64,000 bases of DNA, taken from NCBI GenBank assembly GCA_022842645.1, contig JALHPE010000002.1, positions 149,047 through 213,046 of the forward strand, in the 5' to 3' direction. The translations under genes were made by a program, and so were the position numbers. The notes beneath the pieces are model-generated. The model was not told where the DNA came from. It worked only from the letters and a program-made list of their open reading frames with translations, and did no database searches. This document shows, piece after piece, positions 45,055 to 55,090 of this stretch. The stretch's first letter is position 1, and each line of letters begins with the position of its first letter. The DNA is from Minisyncoccota bacterium (lineage in GTDB: Bacteria > Patescibacteriota > Minisyncoccia > Phycocordibacterales > UBA2100).

Positions 45055-46290
45055 TTAGAGTACGAACTCGCCGTCTTTGTAGATAACTTTTGTTGAGCCG
45101 TTTTTGAGATGCGCGGTTACGGTGCGGCGGGTGGTTGAGATGATGTCGGTGTGCACCGAGGAATCATTGAAGCCGAGCTTCTCTGCCTGCTTTTTAGTGA
45201 ATGTTTTGAGATTCCCGCTATAGGTGTCTTTGTAGCTCGTGCCGACAGCGAGGTGAGTATTGCCATACGGACCTCCCATGTTTTCGTCGAAAAGCGTCTC
45301 CGCCATAAATTTAGTGATGCGCGAATGGCGACGGTCGGTAAGTGAATACTCACCCATCTTGTCGGCGTCTTTTGTCGCAATCATTTGCTTCAAGAGCTTT
45401 TCGTTGGTCTTTGCAGTCGCTTTAATCACTTTACCGTCCTTCCACCACAGTTGAATACCCGTAATCTTTGCGCCATAGCGATAGAGAGGCTGGTTAAAGC
45501 GAATCCAGCCATTCGTGCCACGCCAATCGGGTGATGTGAAGATCTCAAAGCTTGGAATGTTGCGGCCTGAGCCCGCAAGCCACTGACGTTTTTCTCCGAG
45601 TGTAATCCAAAGATCGGCATCCGCCCCTTTCACATGGAGCTTGTCGATCTGTGACGAAAGCTTATTTAAGCGCGAACGATATTTCTCAATATCCGCGTAA
45701 ACCTTCTTCCACTCACCAATCGGATCCTTTTTATCGAGGAAACATGCTTTCACAATCTCATTCCAGTATTCTTTCTCAGAGAGACCTGCTTCTTTAGCCA
45801 TGGCGGGCGTGCCATAGAGTGCTATCGTCCAGAAAAATTTGCCCTGCATTTCTTTTTCGTTCTGCCAGTCACGTGATTGCTTCCACGCAACGCCGCGGCG
45901 CATTATTTTTTTAGGATCAATACCTTCAAGTTCTTTTTTGTTTGCCTCAGAAATAATATGCACGACGTGGTCCATCTCGTCGACGAGTCCACGAACATAT
46001 TTTTTAGGAAACCAATCGAGCTGGTCGTCGCTCGCGTATGTGTAAAAATAGCGCGCCAAACTTTCTTTTGGGTCGCTTGAATCAGGTGCGTACTGCGCAA
46101 TCACGTGTCCACCCGCATTAATGACCGCATTGCGCACAGCAATAAAAAGCGGTTTACAGCTCTCTGAGCCGGTAATTTGCACCACTTCCCCTTTCTTAAT
46201 GCCCTTCCCCCCGCCGAGGGCAAAGTTAACGAGAACATCGGCGTACTTTTCGAGTATCTGTTTCGAGGGCGTGTATGGTTTTTGAGACAT
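45055..46290 (-). CDS. aminopeptidase (M29 family)
   Basis: NIPSFEIFTSP, TLFDENMGG..HLAVG, NDSSVHTD. Confidence 0.9.
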   Translation of the reverse strand: MSQKPYTPSKQILEKYADVLVNFALGGGKGIKKGEVVQITGSESCKPLFIAVRNAVINAGGHVIAQYAPDSSDPKESLARYFYTYASDDQLDWFPKKYVRGLVDEMDHVVHIISEANKKELEGIDPKKIMRRGVAWKQSRDWQNEKEMQGKFFWTIALYGTPAMAKEAGLSEKEYWNEIVKACFLDKKDPIGEWKKVYADIEKYRSRLNKLSSQIDKLHVKGADADLWITLGEKRQWLAGSGRNIPSFEIFTSPDWRGTNGWIRFNQPLYRYGAKITGIQLWWKDGKVIKATAKTNEKLLKQMIATKDADKMGEYSLTDRRHSRITKFMAETLFDENMGGPYGNTHLAVGTSYKDTYSGNLKTFTKKQAEKLGFNDSSVHTDIISTTRRTVTAHLKNGSTKVIYKDGEFVL

Positions 46291-46322
46291 TCGGAGAGGA
46301 TACTCGCTCCAGTGCGCGCTGT

Positions 46323-47372
46323 CTAGGAATGTGTGCGGTGCGAGATGTCTGTGTAGATTGAAAGGAACGCAAATAAAAGACTTAGTGTAAGGGGGCCGAG
46401 GAAAAGACCGACGGGACCAAAGAGTGCAAGACCACCGAGGACGGAAAGAAGTACGAGGAGTGGGTGAAGATTCACACCCCTACCAATAAGCTGGGGGCCG
46501 AGGAAGTTATCGATAAGACCAACAGCGAGGAAGCCCCAGATGGTGAGACCGAGCGCGGCTGGGGCGTTTCCTGTAAAGAACATAAACAGTACGGTGGGAA
46601 TAAAAACAAGTCCAGTGCCAATGCCCGGGATTAAAGCACCAAGTGCGGCAACGGTGCCCCACAAGAAGCTATTGGGTACACCAAAGATGGTGAAGCCGAT
46701 GCCGGTGAGAATGCCCTGGAGGAGTGCGATTGTGAGGTTTCCCTTGATGACAGAATTTACCGCCAGCTCAAGTTTCTCAAAAATCTGCTCGTCGTAAGTA
46801 TCGCGCAAGGGCGAGAGTTCAATAATTTTATTCTTGAGCTTCGCACCATCACGGAGGAGATAATAAAGCGCGATAAAGAAGAGGAAGAATTTTAGAAAAA
46901 CCCCGGCAATACCAGTTGCGGCAGAGCCCACATGCTGAATCACCCACTGGAGGGCTTTTTGAGCATAATCGGAAAGGTTGGAAGAAAGATCATTAGAAAA
47001 GCCCCGGGCGGATGGTACATATGGCACAATCGTATTCTCAAGCGCGAGCGCAGAATCCTGTACGAGCGTGCGAGCATCACCTCCCTTGAAACCACTATAG
47101 AGATCGCGCGCCTCAATGCCAATTTGCGTTCCCACTACCGCGAGCGGCACGAGAATGCACACGACGGTGATAAGAACGGTGAGAAGCGCCGAGAGCGACG
47201 GCCACAGCGGGAGTTTTGAGAGAATACGGCGATAGAGTGGCTGAAGCACAGCGGCAAAAACGGCAGCAAGAAAAAGAGGTGCAAGAAACGGCTCGAAAAT
47301 GAAATAGGTCAACACTGCGGCGCCCGCAAGAAGGGTGACCAGAAAATATGTTCCCGCAATTCGGGTGTGCAT
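46323..47372 (-). CDS. AI-2E family transporter
   Basis: IDNFLGP.LIG....LHP...LLSVLGG...FG.VGLFLGP. Confidence 0.9.
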   Translation of the reverse strand: MHTRIAGTYFLVTLLAGAAVLTYFIFEPFLAPLFLAAVFAAVLQPLYRRILSKLPLWPSLSALLTVLITVVCILVPLAVVGTQIGIEARDLYSGFKGGDARTLVQDSALALENTIVPYVPSARGFSNDLSSNLSDYAQKALQWVIQHVGSAATGIAGVFLKFFLFFIALYYLLRDGAKLKNKIIELSPLRDTYDEQIFEKLELAVNSVIKGNLTIALLQGILTGIGFTIFGVPNSFLWGTVAALGALIPGIGTGLVFIPTVLFMFFTGNAPAALGLTIWGFLAVGLIDNFLGPQLIGRGVNLHPLLVLLSVLGGLALFGPVGLFLGPLTLSLLFAFLSIYTDISHRTHS

Positions 47373-47476
47373 GGTAGGAGTATAATTCACCCATAAGAAC
47401 TTGACAAAATGTCATTTACAGTGTATAAAGGATCGAGCAGAAAGATCTCTGCGGTTTGAACAAAGGAAATGCAAAG

Positions 47477-47908
47477 ATGAAAACATTCATGATGCTCATC
47501 GGCTTGTTTCTTGCTCTTCCGACCTCGACTGAGGCAGCAGACGTGAGACAAGTTGGGATCATCTGCAACAGCGAAGAAGCAGCCGGGTACTTCATGCTCG
47601 AGAAAAATCTCGGGGCTCACTCCGACAACAGCACCGTCGTGAAGGAAATATCGATTCCAAGGCACTGGTGCATTCTCGGCTTCGTCCGCTCATCACGATC
47701 GAACGCGAGCGTGGAACACTTCGAAGACGCCGCCGCGTTTTTTGGCATTATGCACTTGGTCGGCGGCACGTTTACCGCAACCCTGTCGCATAGTCCGCTT
47801 AAGATGTGGGCGGCTATGTTTCAAAGTGAGCAACTCTTCAACGTAGGGTTGCGACGCTTCAAGCGAGAGAACGGGAAACCAGGCTACTACCTCGTGCTCC
47901 GCAACTAA
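47477..47908 (+). CDS. secreted hypothetical protein
   Basis: MKTFMMLIGLFLALP..TEA signal peptide; TTGACA promoter upstream; terminator downstream. Confidence 0.6.
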   Translation: MKTFMMLIGLFLALPTSTEAADVRQVGIICNSEEAAGYFMLEKNLGAHSDNSTVVKEISIPRHWCILGFVRSSRSNASVEHFEDAAAFFGIMHLVGGTFTATLSHSPLKMWAAMFQSEQLFNVGLRRFKRENGKPGYYLVLRN

Positions 47909-47953
47909 AAACAAGCGAATAAACTCAAGGACTCTCCTGACCGGGAGTCCTTT

Positions 47954-49132
47954 CTACTTCAACACATCCCACATTTTAGGATCCTGTCCGCCATCGATCT
48001 TGAAGATTGCGACGCCGCGGATGCCGAGACGTTTTGCGAGCGCAACTTTGTCGGCAATTGCTTTCGAGTCTTGCCACGTCACCATGCGATAGGAGAGATT
48101 GGTGTTTTGTGCAGTTGAGAGTGCAGAAGCCGCTGAAGCAACGAGATTGAAGGGCCACGCGCTTTGTGGGCGTGGAAGTGAGAGCGTGCTCCCTTCTGGG
48201 AAATACGTGAAGCCGAGTTCCCCGCCCGCATTTCTCCCCGGCGTAATATTGTGTTTGGCGGCAAGATCAATCCCATACTGCGGATTAAATGTCCACAGAA
48301 GGTCGTAGGTGTGTTCGTTATTTGCGTAGGTCGTAACGTTCCATTCGTAACCATACGTAGGGATGCCAAGGACAATTTTGTTTTTCGGAATGGTTTTCAT
48401 TGCTTCACGAATCGCTTTTTCAACCCACACAGTGTCCGCAACGGGACCATAGGGCTCAGTGATTTCCGCCTCGCGTTTTTGATCGATCGTCTGCTGGTCG
48501 TACGTCATAAAGCGCACCCGGTCGCAATATTTGTTTATTTCCACAAAGTCGTTCGCGTATTTACCTGCGTCTTTTGACGGAGTCGTACCGTAGTATCTGT
48601 CACTAAGCGGTGTGCGACTTTCAATGGTACACATCACCCACTTGTCCCCCATGGCTTTATAGAGCTCTTTCAAAAAGAGGGAGAAATAGGGGCGCGTCTT
48701 TTCATATTTCCCTTCGTAGTCAATATCAATGCCGTCGAAATCGTTTGCTTTGGCCTCATCGACTATCATCGCGATGTGGCGCGCGCGGAGTGTTGGATCC
48801 GAAAGAACATTGTGAATTGCATCGGCATTCGACCACATAACGGTTGGCACGTAACGCACGTTTTTCTTTTTCGCTTCAGCACGGAGTGTCGTCCAGGGCT
48901 CAACAGAAATTGCCGCGGCATCCCAAAGGCGACCATCTTCCTGCACGGTGTAGCCGAAAGGATTTATTTCTTTGAACGTATCGAGGTGCGCGAGCGTCTC
49001 TTGCGTGCCCGTGGCTGCTCGCCAATACGGAATCCAGCCCGAAATTTCAAACGGTGCTGACCAGACCGCAGCAGAAGTCGCGCTTGGCGCGAACAGACAA
49101 AAAACCACCAATGTGAGAATCCCCTTTTTCAT
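47954..49132 (-). CDS. glycoside hydrolase family 18 protein
   Basis: FDGIDIDYE catalytic motif, MTYD, KIVLGIP.YGY; signal peptide. Confidence 0.9.
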   Translation of the reverse strand: MKKGILTLVVFCLFAPSATSAAVWSAPFEISGWIPYWRAATGTQETLAHLDTFKEINPFGYTVQEDGRLWDAAAISVEPWTTLRAEAKKKNVRYVPTVMWSNADAIHNVLSDPTLRARHIAMIVDEAKANDFDGIDIDYEGKYEKTRPYFSLFLKELYKAMGDKWVMCTIESRTPLSDRYYGTTPSKDAGKYANDFVEINKYCDRVRFMTYDQQTIDQKREAEITEPYGPVADTVWVEKAIREAMKTIPKNKIVLGIPTYGYEWNVTTYANNEHTYDLLWTFNPQYGIDLAAKHNITPGRNAGGELGFTYFPEGSTLSLPRPQSAWPFNLVASAASALSTAQNTNLSYRMVTWQDSKAIADKVALAKRLGIRGVAIFKIDGGQDPKMWDVLK

Positions 49133-49168
49133 AGCTACATACTAACAGACGCTCTTATGCTCGAAACC

Positions 49169-49711
49169 TTACTCTAAAAGTGCTGTCCCACCAAAAAGCG
49201 TGAATATCGCAAGAAGGCCGCTCACAAGCGCAACTTCCGCCTCACGTGCGCGCGCCTGAAAGATTCCCATCGAGACGAGCGTGAGCATTTCACCATTTTC
49301 AGCTGGTACATACACATCAATTTTCCCGTTCGTGCCGAAACCACCACATCCCTCGACACGCACAAGCTCAGTGCCATCGGTGAGAGTTATTGTAAAAAAA
49401 GTACCTCCTATATCTGTGTGCCACAGATACTCTTTTTCATACAGGATGAGCTGTGCTTCACGTGCGAGAAATGTGCGATGCATGGCACCCACAACGTGCC
49501 CCCATTCATCGCGCACCTCACCAAGAGAAAGCCTCCAGGAGCTATAGATAAACGTACGCGTGGCACCCCCCGCTTCGCCCTCGCCTTTAAAGTAGCCAAA
49601 ACGGCGGAGCGTTCGGAAAGCGCCGATGCACCCGCCGTAGGCATTGACGATCTCCCACGTGCGTGAAAATAAGCTCTTTTTAGCGATTGAGAGTGTTTCG
49701 CCCGCCTCCAT
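49169..49711 (-). CDS. hypothetical protein
   Basis: 180-aa beta-rich ORF with a C-terminal hydrophobic helix. Confidence 0.6.
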   Translation of the reverse strand: MEAGETLSIAKKSLFSRTWEIVNAYGGCIGAFRTLRRFGYFKGEGEAGGATRTFIYSSWRLSLGEVRDEWGHVVGAMHRTFLAREAQLILYEKEYLWHTDIGGTFFTITLTDGTELVRVEGCGGFGTNGKIDVYVPAENGEMLTLVSMGIFQARAREAEVALVSGLLAIFTLFGGTALLE

Positions 49712-49751
49712 GCGCGCATCCTACCGCGCTCATCCCACGCCTCCAACTAGA

Positions 49752-50279
49752 CTAGCCTCGAGGAGTGTAGCGTCGTAGTTCGGTTCGACGGACACGGAAA
49801 TCGGGTAGCATTTTCTCTACAAGCGTCCAAAAGCGACGGCTGTGATTGTGTTCTTTAAGATGACACAGTTCATGTACGATAACGTAATCAGCAAGTTCGC
49901 GCGGAAGAAACAGAAGTGTGTAGGAAAAATTGAGATTCCCCTTTCGCGAGCAGCTGCCCCACAGTCGCCGCGTGTTTTTTATTGCCACACGATTGTACGA
50001 AAACCCATACACCTGATTCCAATACGCAAGGCGCTCCTGCACAAACGCACGCGCTTCTTCTTTGTGCCGCACATATCCCCGACGGCCAGAAACGGGAAGA
50101 ACGCGCATCTCTCGCATACGCGCAACGCTTCGTGCGAGCCACAGGTGTTTTGAGGCGACAAATCGCTCAATCTCGCCGAGAAGCATGGTCCGCGGTGCCG
50201 TTACCACCACAACACCCCCCGGCCGCACCGTTAAGCGCATATGCCTTGCATGAGACGAACGCTTCAAGGTGTATTCCAC
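49752..50279 (-). CDS. YgjP-like (DUF45) metalloprotein
   Basis: WGSCS, DYVIVHELCHL...NHS..FW. Confidence 0.85.
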   Translation of the reverse strand: MEYTLKRSSHARHMRLTVRPGGVVVVTAPRTMLLGEIERFVASKHLWLARSVARMREMRVLPVSGRRGYVRHKEEARAFVQERLAYWNQVYGFSYNRVAIKNTRRLWGSCSRKGNLNFSYTLLFLPRELADYVIVHELCHLKEHNHSRRFWTLVEKMLPDFRVRRTELRRYTPRG

Positions 50280-50284
50280 ACAAA

Positions 50285-50989
50285 CTACTTCAAAACCACT
50301 CCTTCAATCACTATCGGCTGGACCGGACGATCAGATGCGCCTGTTTGGGTATTTTCAATTTTAGCTACCACCTCCATGCCTGAAATTACTTTGCCAAACA
50401 CCGTGTGTTTAGGGTCGAGGAAATTATTGTTTGCAACGTTAATGAAAAACTGGCTGCCATTTGTGTTGGGTCCTGCGTTTGCCATTGAGATCGTGCCTAC
50501 ATCATTTCTATTATTTACATGGATTTCATCAGCGAATTGATACCCGGGGCCCCCTGTCCCCCAACGAGCCATCATCGAATCGTCTTTGGTCAAGGGATCT
50601 CCCCCTTGAATCATGAATCCTTTAATTACGCGATGGAATTTTGTACCGTTGTAAAAACCATCTCCCGCGAGCTTCACGAAATTAGCGACCGTGTTGGGCG
50701 CATCAGAAGAAAATTCGATGGTGATGTCTCCTTGGTTTGTGGTGAGTGTTGCCTGCATGATTTTTTTGTTTGAATTTGTAGTAGTGCTGTTAGCAAAAAC
50801 GGGGGCGGCCACTGCGGCCGTTTGTGCCTGATTCGTGCGTGCGTCGTAGTTCTCTAAAAAACTCGCTGCCATTTCTCGCGCCTCATCGCTCGTTGCCATT
50901 TTCTCACCCGCGCTTCCCTGCCCACTATACCAGAAGCCGATTCCCACAAGCATCACGAAAACAAGTACTCCAAAAACTATTTTGTGCAT
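50285..50989 (-). CDS. cyclophilin-type peptidyl-prolyl isomerase, membrane anchored
   Basis: FHRVIKGFMIQGGDP, SMANAGPNTNGSQFFI, HTVFG. Confidence 0.95.
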   Translation of the reverse strand: MHKIVFGVLVFVMLVGIGFWYSGQGSAGEKMATSDEAREMAASFLENYDARTNQAQTAAVAAPVFANSTTTNSNKKIMQATLTTNQGDITIEFSSDAPNTVANFVKLAGDGFYNGTKFHRVIKGFMIQGGDPLTKDDSMMARWGTGGPGYQFADEIHVNNRNDVGTISMANAGPNTNGSQFFINVANNNFLDPKHTVFGKVISGMEVVAKIENTQTGASDRPVQPIVIEGVVLK

Positions 50990-50991
50990 GG

Positions 50992-51369
50992 TTAAACTCG
51001 TAAGTGCTTTTTAATGGCGCTTACAATATCCGCCATACTGGAATCCCCTTTTACCATGTAATGGAATGCTCCTTTTTCCATCGCACTCTGAAGTGTCTCG
51101 AGATCGCTTAAATTTGAAAGTATGAGAACGGTGACGTTTTTTCCCCACTCATCTGCACGAAGTTTCTCAATCATCTCAAGACCTGTCATAACAGGCATCT
51201 TCAAGTCCGTTACCACGATATCGGGATGATTATCAAGTGCTTGCGTGAGGCCATCTTGTCCATCTGTTGCACTGAGGACGGTAAATCCTTCTTTAGTAAG
51301 CGTGTCGGTGAGCGCAAGCGCAACTGCTGGCTCATCCTCAACCACAAGCACTGTTTTTGTGTCAGTCAT
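50992..51369 (-). CDS. single-domain response regulator
   Basis: VLVVEDE and DLKMP receiver motifs. Confidence 0.9.
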   Translation of the reverse strand: MTDTKTVLVVEDEPAVALALTDTLTKEGFTVLSATDGQDGLTQALDNHPDIVVTDLKMPVMTGLEMIEKLRADEWGKNVTVLILSNLSDLETLQSAMEKGAFHYMVKGDSSMADIVSAIKKHLRV

Positions 51370-51396
51370 AACGCTAGTATACGCCGCGTAGGCAAA

Positions 51397-52641
51397 TCAT
51401 GCAGCTTTTTCCCCACTCCTCCACACGACCGGCATCGAGACGAAAAATGTGGTTCCTTTTCCTTCTTCAGATTCAAAGGTGATACTGCCCCCCGCACGCG
51501 CGAGTACAATTTTGATCACATAGAGCCCGAGCCCCGTGCCATCCGGCACGAGTTTCTGCGCATTGCTTGCGCGGTAGAGGCGCTCAAACACCTTTTCGCG
51601 CTCACTTGCAGGAATGCCAATGCCACTGTCTTTAACCGTGAGGTAGATGGTGTCATTCGGTACGCTGACAAGGGAAAGTGTGTAGTCGACTGTTCCGCCT
51701 TCACGCGAATATTTAATAGCGTTGGAGAGCAGGTTCTGCAACATCATGCGCACAAGCTTCTCATCGGCGTGCATCGTGGGAAACGAAGAATCAGACACGA
51801 GATTCACCGTCACTTTTCTTTGTGCTGCCGCATGCTCCTGCTCGCGAAACACGTCGCGAACCAGAGTATCAATATTAAAATCCGAAAGCGTCATCGCAAG
51901 CGTACCGAGCTCGATGCGCGACATATTCAAAAGGTCGTTCACCATTTCCACCATCTGCTGCGCAGAACTTTTGATGTTTTTGATATATTCTTCCTGTTTT
52001 TTTGTGAGCGGTTCCGCACCCTCTGCGACAAGTATTTCTGAGAGCCATTTAATGGAGGTGAGTGGCGTCTTAAGCTGATGCGAGGCAAGTGAAACGAATT
52101 CTGACTTTGCGCGATCCACCTCCATCTCTTTCGTCACATCGTGGGCAACGCCACGCACTGAGCGCGTGATGCGATTCACGACCGCCGACTTTCCTTCAAT
52201 ATTGAGATTGCGGACTTCGCCACGATTCGAAACAGTACGCACCGTAAAACTAAAGACTCCTGGCTGCGTCGTCGCTCTCTGCCATGCGCCTTTAAAGCGC
52301 TCACGATCACCCTCGTGAATATACGGCTCAAGAGAGTCGATTGTCGGGATGTTTCTTCGTGGCACAAGCCCGAAAAGCGCATACATCTCATCCGACCAGT
52401 ACGAGCGCGTTGGATCTTCAAAATCCCAAAGAAAGCTCCCCACCTTTCCAATTACCTCAGCTTCATGCAAACGCTCTTCAGCTCGCTTCCGAGCATCCAC
52501 CAGAAGATCCATACCCTTCCCTGCACGCGCGCGCGCAGTAATGGCGAGATAGATAGCAACCACCGCAATACTCACGAGCAACACCCCCACAAACATAATG
52601 AGTGATGAACTCCAGAACGTAGGGTTTGCAAGAATATCCAT
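51397..52641 (-). CDS. PAS-domain sensor histidine kinase
   Basis: SHQLKTPLT H-box, NLLSNAIKYS, DSGIGI, GTGLGL. Confidence 0.92.
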   Translation of the reverse strand: MDILANPTFWSSSLIMFVGVLLVSIAVVAIYLAITARARAGKGMDLLVDARKRAEERLHEAEVIGKVGSFLWDFEDPTRSYWSDEMYALFGLVPRRNIPTIDSLEPYIHEGDRERFKGAWQRATTQPGVFSFTVRTVSNRGEVRNLNIEGKSAVVNRITRSVRGVAHDVTKEMEVDRAKSEFVSLASHQLKTPLTSIKWLSEILVAEGAEPLTKKQEEYIKNIKSSAQQMVEMVNDLLNMSRIELGTLAMTLSDFNIDTLVRDVFREQEHAAAQRKVTVNLVSDSSFPTMHADEKLVRMMLQNLLSNAIKYSREGGTVDYTLSLVSVPNDTIYLTVKDSGIGIPASEREKVFERLYRASNAQKLVPDGTGLGLYVIKIVLARAGGSITFESEEGKGTTFFVSMPVVWRSGEKAA

Positions 52642-52743
52642 ATCTGTATTGTATCAACAGGAATGAGGCTTGCCTTCTCTTCGCATCTCTACTACAGTCG
52701 CGGCAGGCCTATGATGTTTCGTAGGCAGACAAGGGAGCTCACG

Positions 52744-53208
52744 ATGACATGGACTGATGAACGAGTAGCGCGTTTAAAAAAGCTTTGGGCAGATGGCTGT
52801 TCTGCTTTGCAGATCGCCTCAGACCTAGGAGGGGTGACACGGCATGCGGTCATTGGCAAAGTGCATAGACTCGGCCTCTCAGGACGAGCTGTGGTATCTC
52901 GAATGAAACCGGGTAGGGCGGCTCAGCAAAAGAGGCCTCAACCCCGGCAAGTCGAACCTCCCTCAGTGCCTCAAAAGGCACCAAGTAAGTCCGCTGAGTT
53001 TGAAGAACTGGTGATACCCATATCTAACAGAAAGACATTGGACACCATTGAAGAACACCACTGCCACTGGCCTATAGGCGATCCGGGTTCGCGTGATTTC
53101 CACTTCTGTGGAAAAACGAAGATACATGGATCCTACTGTGAATTTCATGCACGGAGGGCATTTCAACCTGGCTCAGCGCGCCCTATACGGAACCGAGAGC
53201 TTGCATAG
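52744..53208 (+). CDS. gcrA: GcrA cell-cycle regulator family protein
   Basis: MTWTDERV..LKKLW..G.SA.QIA..LGGVTR.AVIGKVHRLGL and CHWPIGDP....FHFCG......SYCEFH; SD AGGGAG. Confidence 0.9.
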   Translation: MTWTDERVARLKKLWADGCSALQIASDLGGVTRHAVIGKVHRLGLSGRAVVSRMKPGRAAQQKRPQPRQVEPPSVPQKAPSKSAEFEELVIPISNRKTLDTIEEHHCHWPIGDPGSRDFHFCGKTKIHGSYCEFHARRAFQPGSARPIRNRELA

Positions 53209-53216
53209 ACAAGACG

Positions 53217-53244
53217 AGACGGCCGAATATTCGGCCGTCTTTTT
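53217..53244. terminator. intrinsic terminator between gcrA and obgE
   Basis: AGACGGCCGAATATTCGGCCGTCT followed by TTTT. Confidence 0.7.
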
Positions 53245-53261
53245 GTACACAAAAGCAACGT

Positions 53262-54227
53262 CTACAGAGTGTCCTCACGCAACATTTTCAAGATTGATGT
53301 TACATTTTTCATCTTCGCATCATCAATGACTGAGATCGCGAACGTGTTTTTATTTTTTGTCTCTAATTTTTTCAATGTTTCTTTTACCGCTTCCTCACTC
53401 AGCATGTCCGCCTTTGAGAGGCATATGTATTCCTGTTTTTTGAGCAGTTCGGGATTAAATGCAGCAAGTTCCGTGCGAACGATGTCGTAATCACGCAGGA
53501 CGTCATCACTCTCAGCAGAAATGAGATGAAAAATAACACGCGTACGTTCAATATGGCGTAAAAATTTGTCGCCCAAGCCCTTTCCTTCAGAAGCTCCTTC
53601 GATGAGCCCCGGCACATCCGCAAGGATGAGGCCGTAGTAGGCTCCAAGATGCGGCTCGAGGGTCGTAAAGCTGTAATTTCCCACTTTCGAGTGCGCACCA
53701 GTGAGTGCATTCAAGAGGGACGACTTGCCGGCGTTCGGAAGTCCGATGAGTCCCACGTCCGCAATCATTTTTAGTTCGAGCCGGAAGGTAAAACTCTCAC
53801 CCTCTTTGCCTTCTTCAAATTCCTTCGGTGAAGTGTTTGTAGAGGCGCGGAAATGGTAATTTCCTCTACCGCGATAGCCACCGTGGGCAACGGTTATCTG
53901 TTCGCCCTCCTTTGTAATTTCATGTGTTTCCCCAGTGTCTTGATTGGTGATTACGGTGCCCACCGGCACCTTCAAAACCAAATCTTCGCCACGCTCACCG
54001 TCGCGCAGGCGCGTGGAACCAACGCCGCCATCGGCCGCTTTAAATTCTTTATTGAAACGAAACTGGAGGAGTGCCGAAATATCATTTATTCCTTCCAGAA
54101 TAATGTCGCCGCCAGGTCCACCGTTTGCCCCTGTGGGGCCAAGATTCCCTTTCGTGCGCGCAAAACCAACAATCCCCGAACCGCCGTCACCGCCGGAAAG
54201 ACGCACTGTTACGTCATCAACTAACAT
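53262..54227 (-). CDS. obgE: GTPase ObgE
   Basis: Gly-rich Obg domain, GLPNAGKSS, FTTLEP, DVPGLIEGA, FLRHIER. Confidence 0.95.
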   Translation of the reverse strand: MLVDDVTVRLSGGDGGSGIVGFARTKGNLGPTGANGGPGGDIILEGINDISALLQFRFNKEFKAADGGVGSTRLRDGERGEDLVLKVPVGTVITNQDTGETHEITKEGEQITVAHGGYRGRGNYHFRASTNTSPKEFEEGKEGESFTFRLELKMIADVGLIGLPNAGKSSLLNALTGAHSKVGNYSFTTLEPHLGAYYGLILADVPGLIEGASEGKGLGDKFLRHIERTRVIFHLISAESDDVLRDYDIVRTELAAFNPELLKKQEYICLSKADMLSEEAVKETLKKLETKNKNTFAISVIDDAKMKNVTSILKMLREDTL

Positions 54228-54246
54228 GGAATGATACTAGCACGTC

Positions 54247-54654
54247 CTACTCGCGTGACACTTCTTCAACTTTCATAAGACCCTGCAAAAAATAGACGCT
54301 CCACTGATCTGAAGAAATCTCTTCGATTGGCACGAAAATACCGCCTACCGTTATTTTTTCACCCACACGAAGCCCGAGCTCGGCGCCGGCTTCAATGGCC
54401 TGAGCGAGATCCAGCGCGTAAAATTCACCACCCATCTTGATACTCGGTATACAATCGCGCGTTGTAGTGCCATCTAAGCGCTGTAAGCAGGCATAGGTGC
54501 CTTCCATAATGGCAAGCCCTTTCGGAGCCTCTACCTCGGGAGTTGGGATGCCTTGCTGCTCAACGTGCCACAAATAGCCGCCAAGACCTGCGATACATAC
54601 AATAAGTACGCCAAAGACGACAAAGAGTATCCGCTCGAACTGAAAGATTGACAT
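54247..54654 (-). CDS. hypothetical membrane-anchored protein
   Basis: N-terminal TM; GTYACL...C. Confidence 0.6.
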   Translation of the reverse strand: MSIFQFERILFVVFGVLIVCIAGLGGYLWHVEQQGIPTPEVEAPKGLAIMEGTYACLQRLDGTTTRDCIPSIKMGGEFYALDLAQAIEAGAELGLRVGEKITVGGIFVPIEEISSDQWSVYFLQGLMKVEEVSRE

Positions 54655-54687
54655 AGCGCAAAAAGAGACGATGCCGACAGGTGTATA

Positions 54688-54987
54688 TTACCGCGCCCCG
54701 CGCATCTGCTCAACTTGTTTTTGAACCTCCTTCTGAATACGCCCCTCGAATATACGCCACAAGAGTGGAAGCTTTGCGTCAAGAACAAAATCGTTTTCGG
54801 TGATTTCGAGCGTGCCGGTGATCTCCTTACCTTGCACCAAAACAGCGAAGGAGAGCGTGTCGCCCTGCCACTCTTCTTTTTTTATCTCTACCTGCCCTGC
54901 CAGAGCGGGACGAGCTTCTTCGATAGCATCTTTAATCTTCTGCTTTGCTTCACTTTTGAGCTTCTTGTGTGGTACTTGAATATGCAT
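54688..54987 (-). CDS. putative polyhydroxyalkanoic acid system family protein
   Basis: I.VPHK...EA, W.GD.L.F, ITG.L.I and LP.L...F...I pattern. Confidence 0.6.
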   Translation of the reverse strand: MHIQVPHKKLKSEAKQKIKDAIEEARPALAGQVEIKKEEWQGDTLSFAVLVQGKEITGTLEITENDFVLDAKLPLLWRIFEGRIQKEVQKQVEQMRGAR

Positions 54988-55029
54988 TCGGATGATTATA
55001 CCGAAGCTCACCCCTTGAGGGAAGCTTGG

Positions 55030-55069
55030 GGGCAACTGGCTCAAATGGCGCCATATGAGCCAGTTGCCC
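55030..55069. repeat. near-perfect 40-bp palindrome
   Basis: GGGCAACTGGCTCA-A-ATGGCGCCAT-A-TGAGCCAGTTGCCC. Confidence 0.8.
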
Positions 55070-55090
55070 GAGACATGCTAGGATGCGCCT

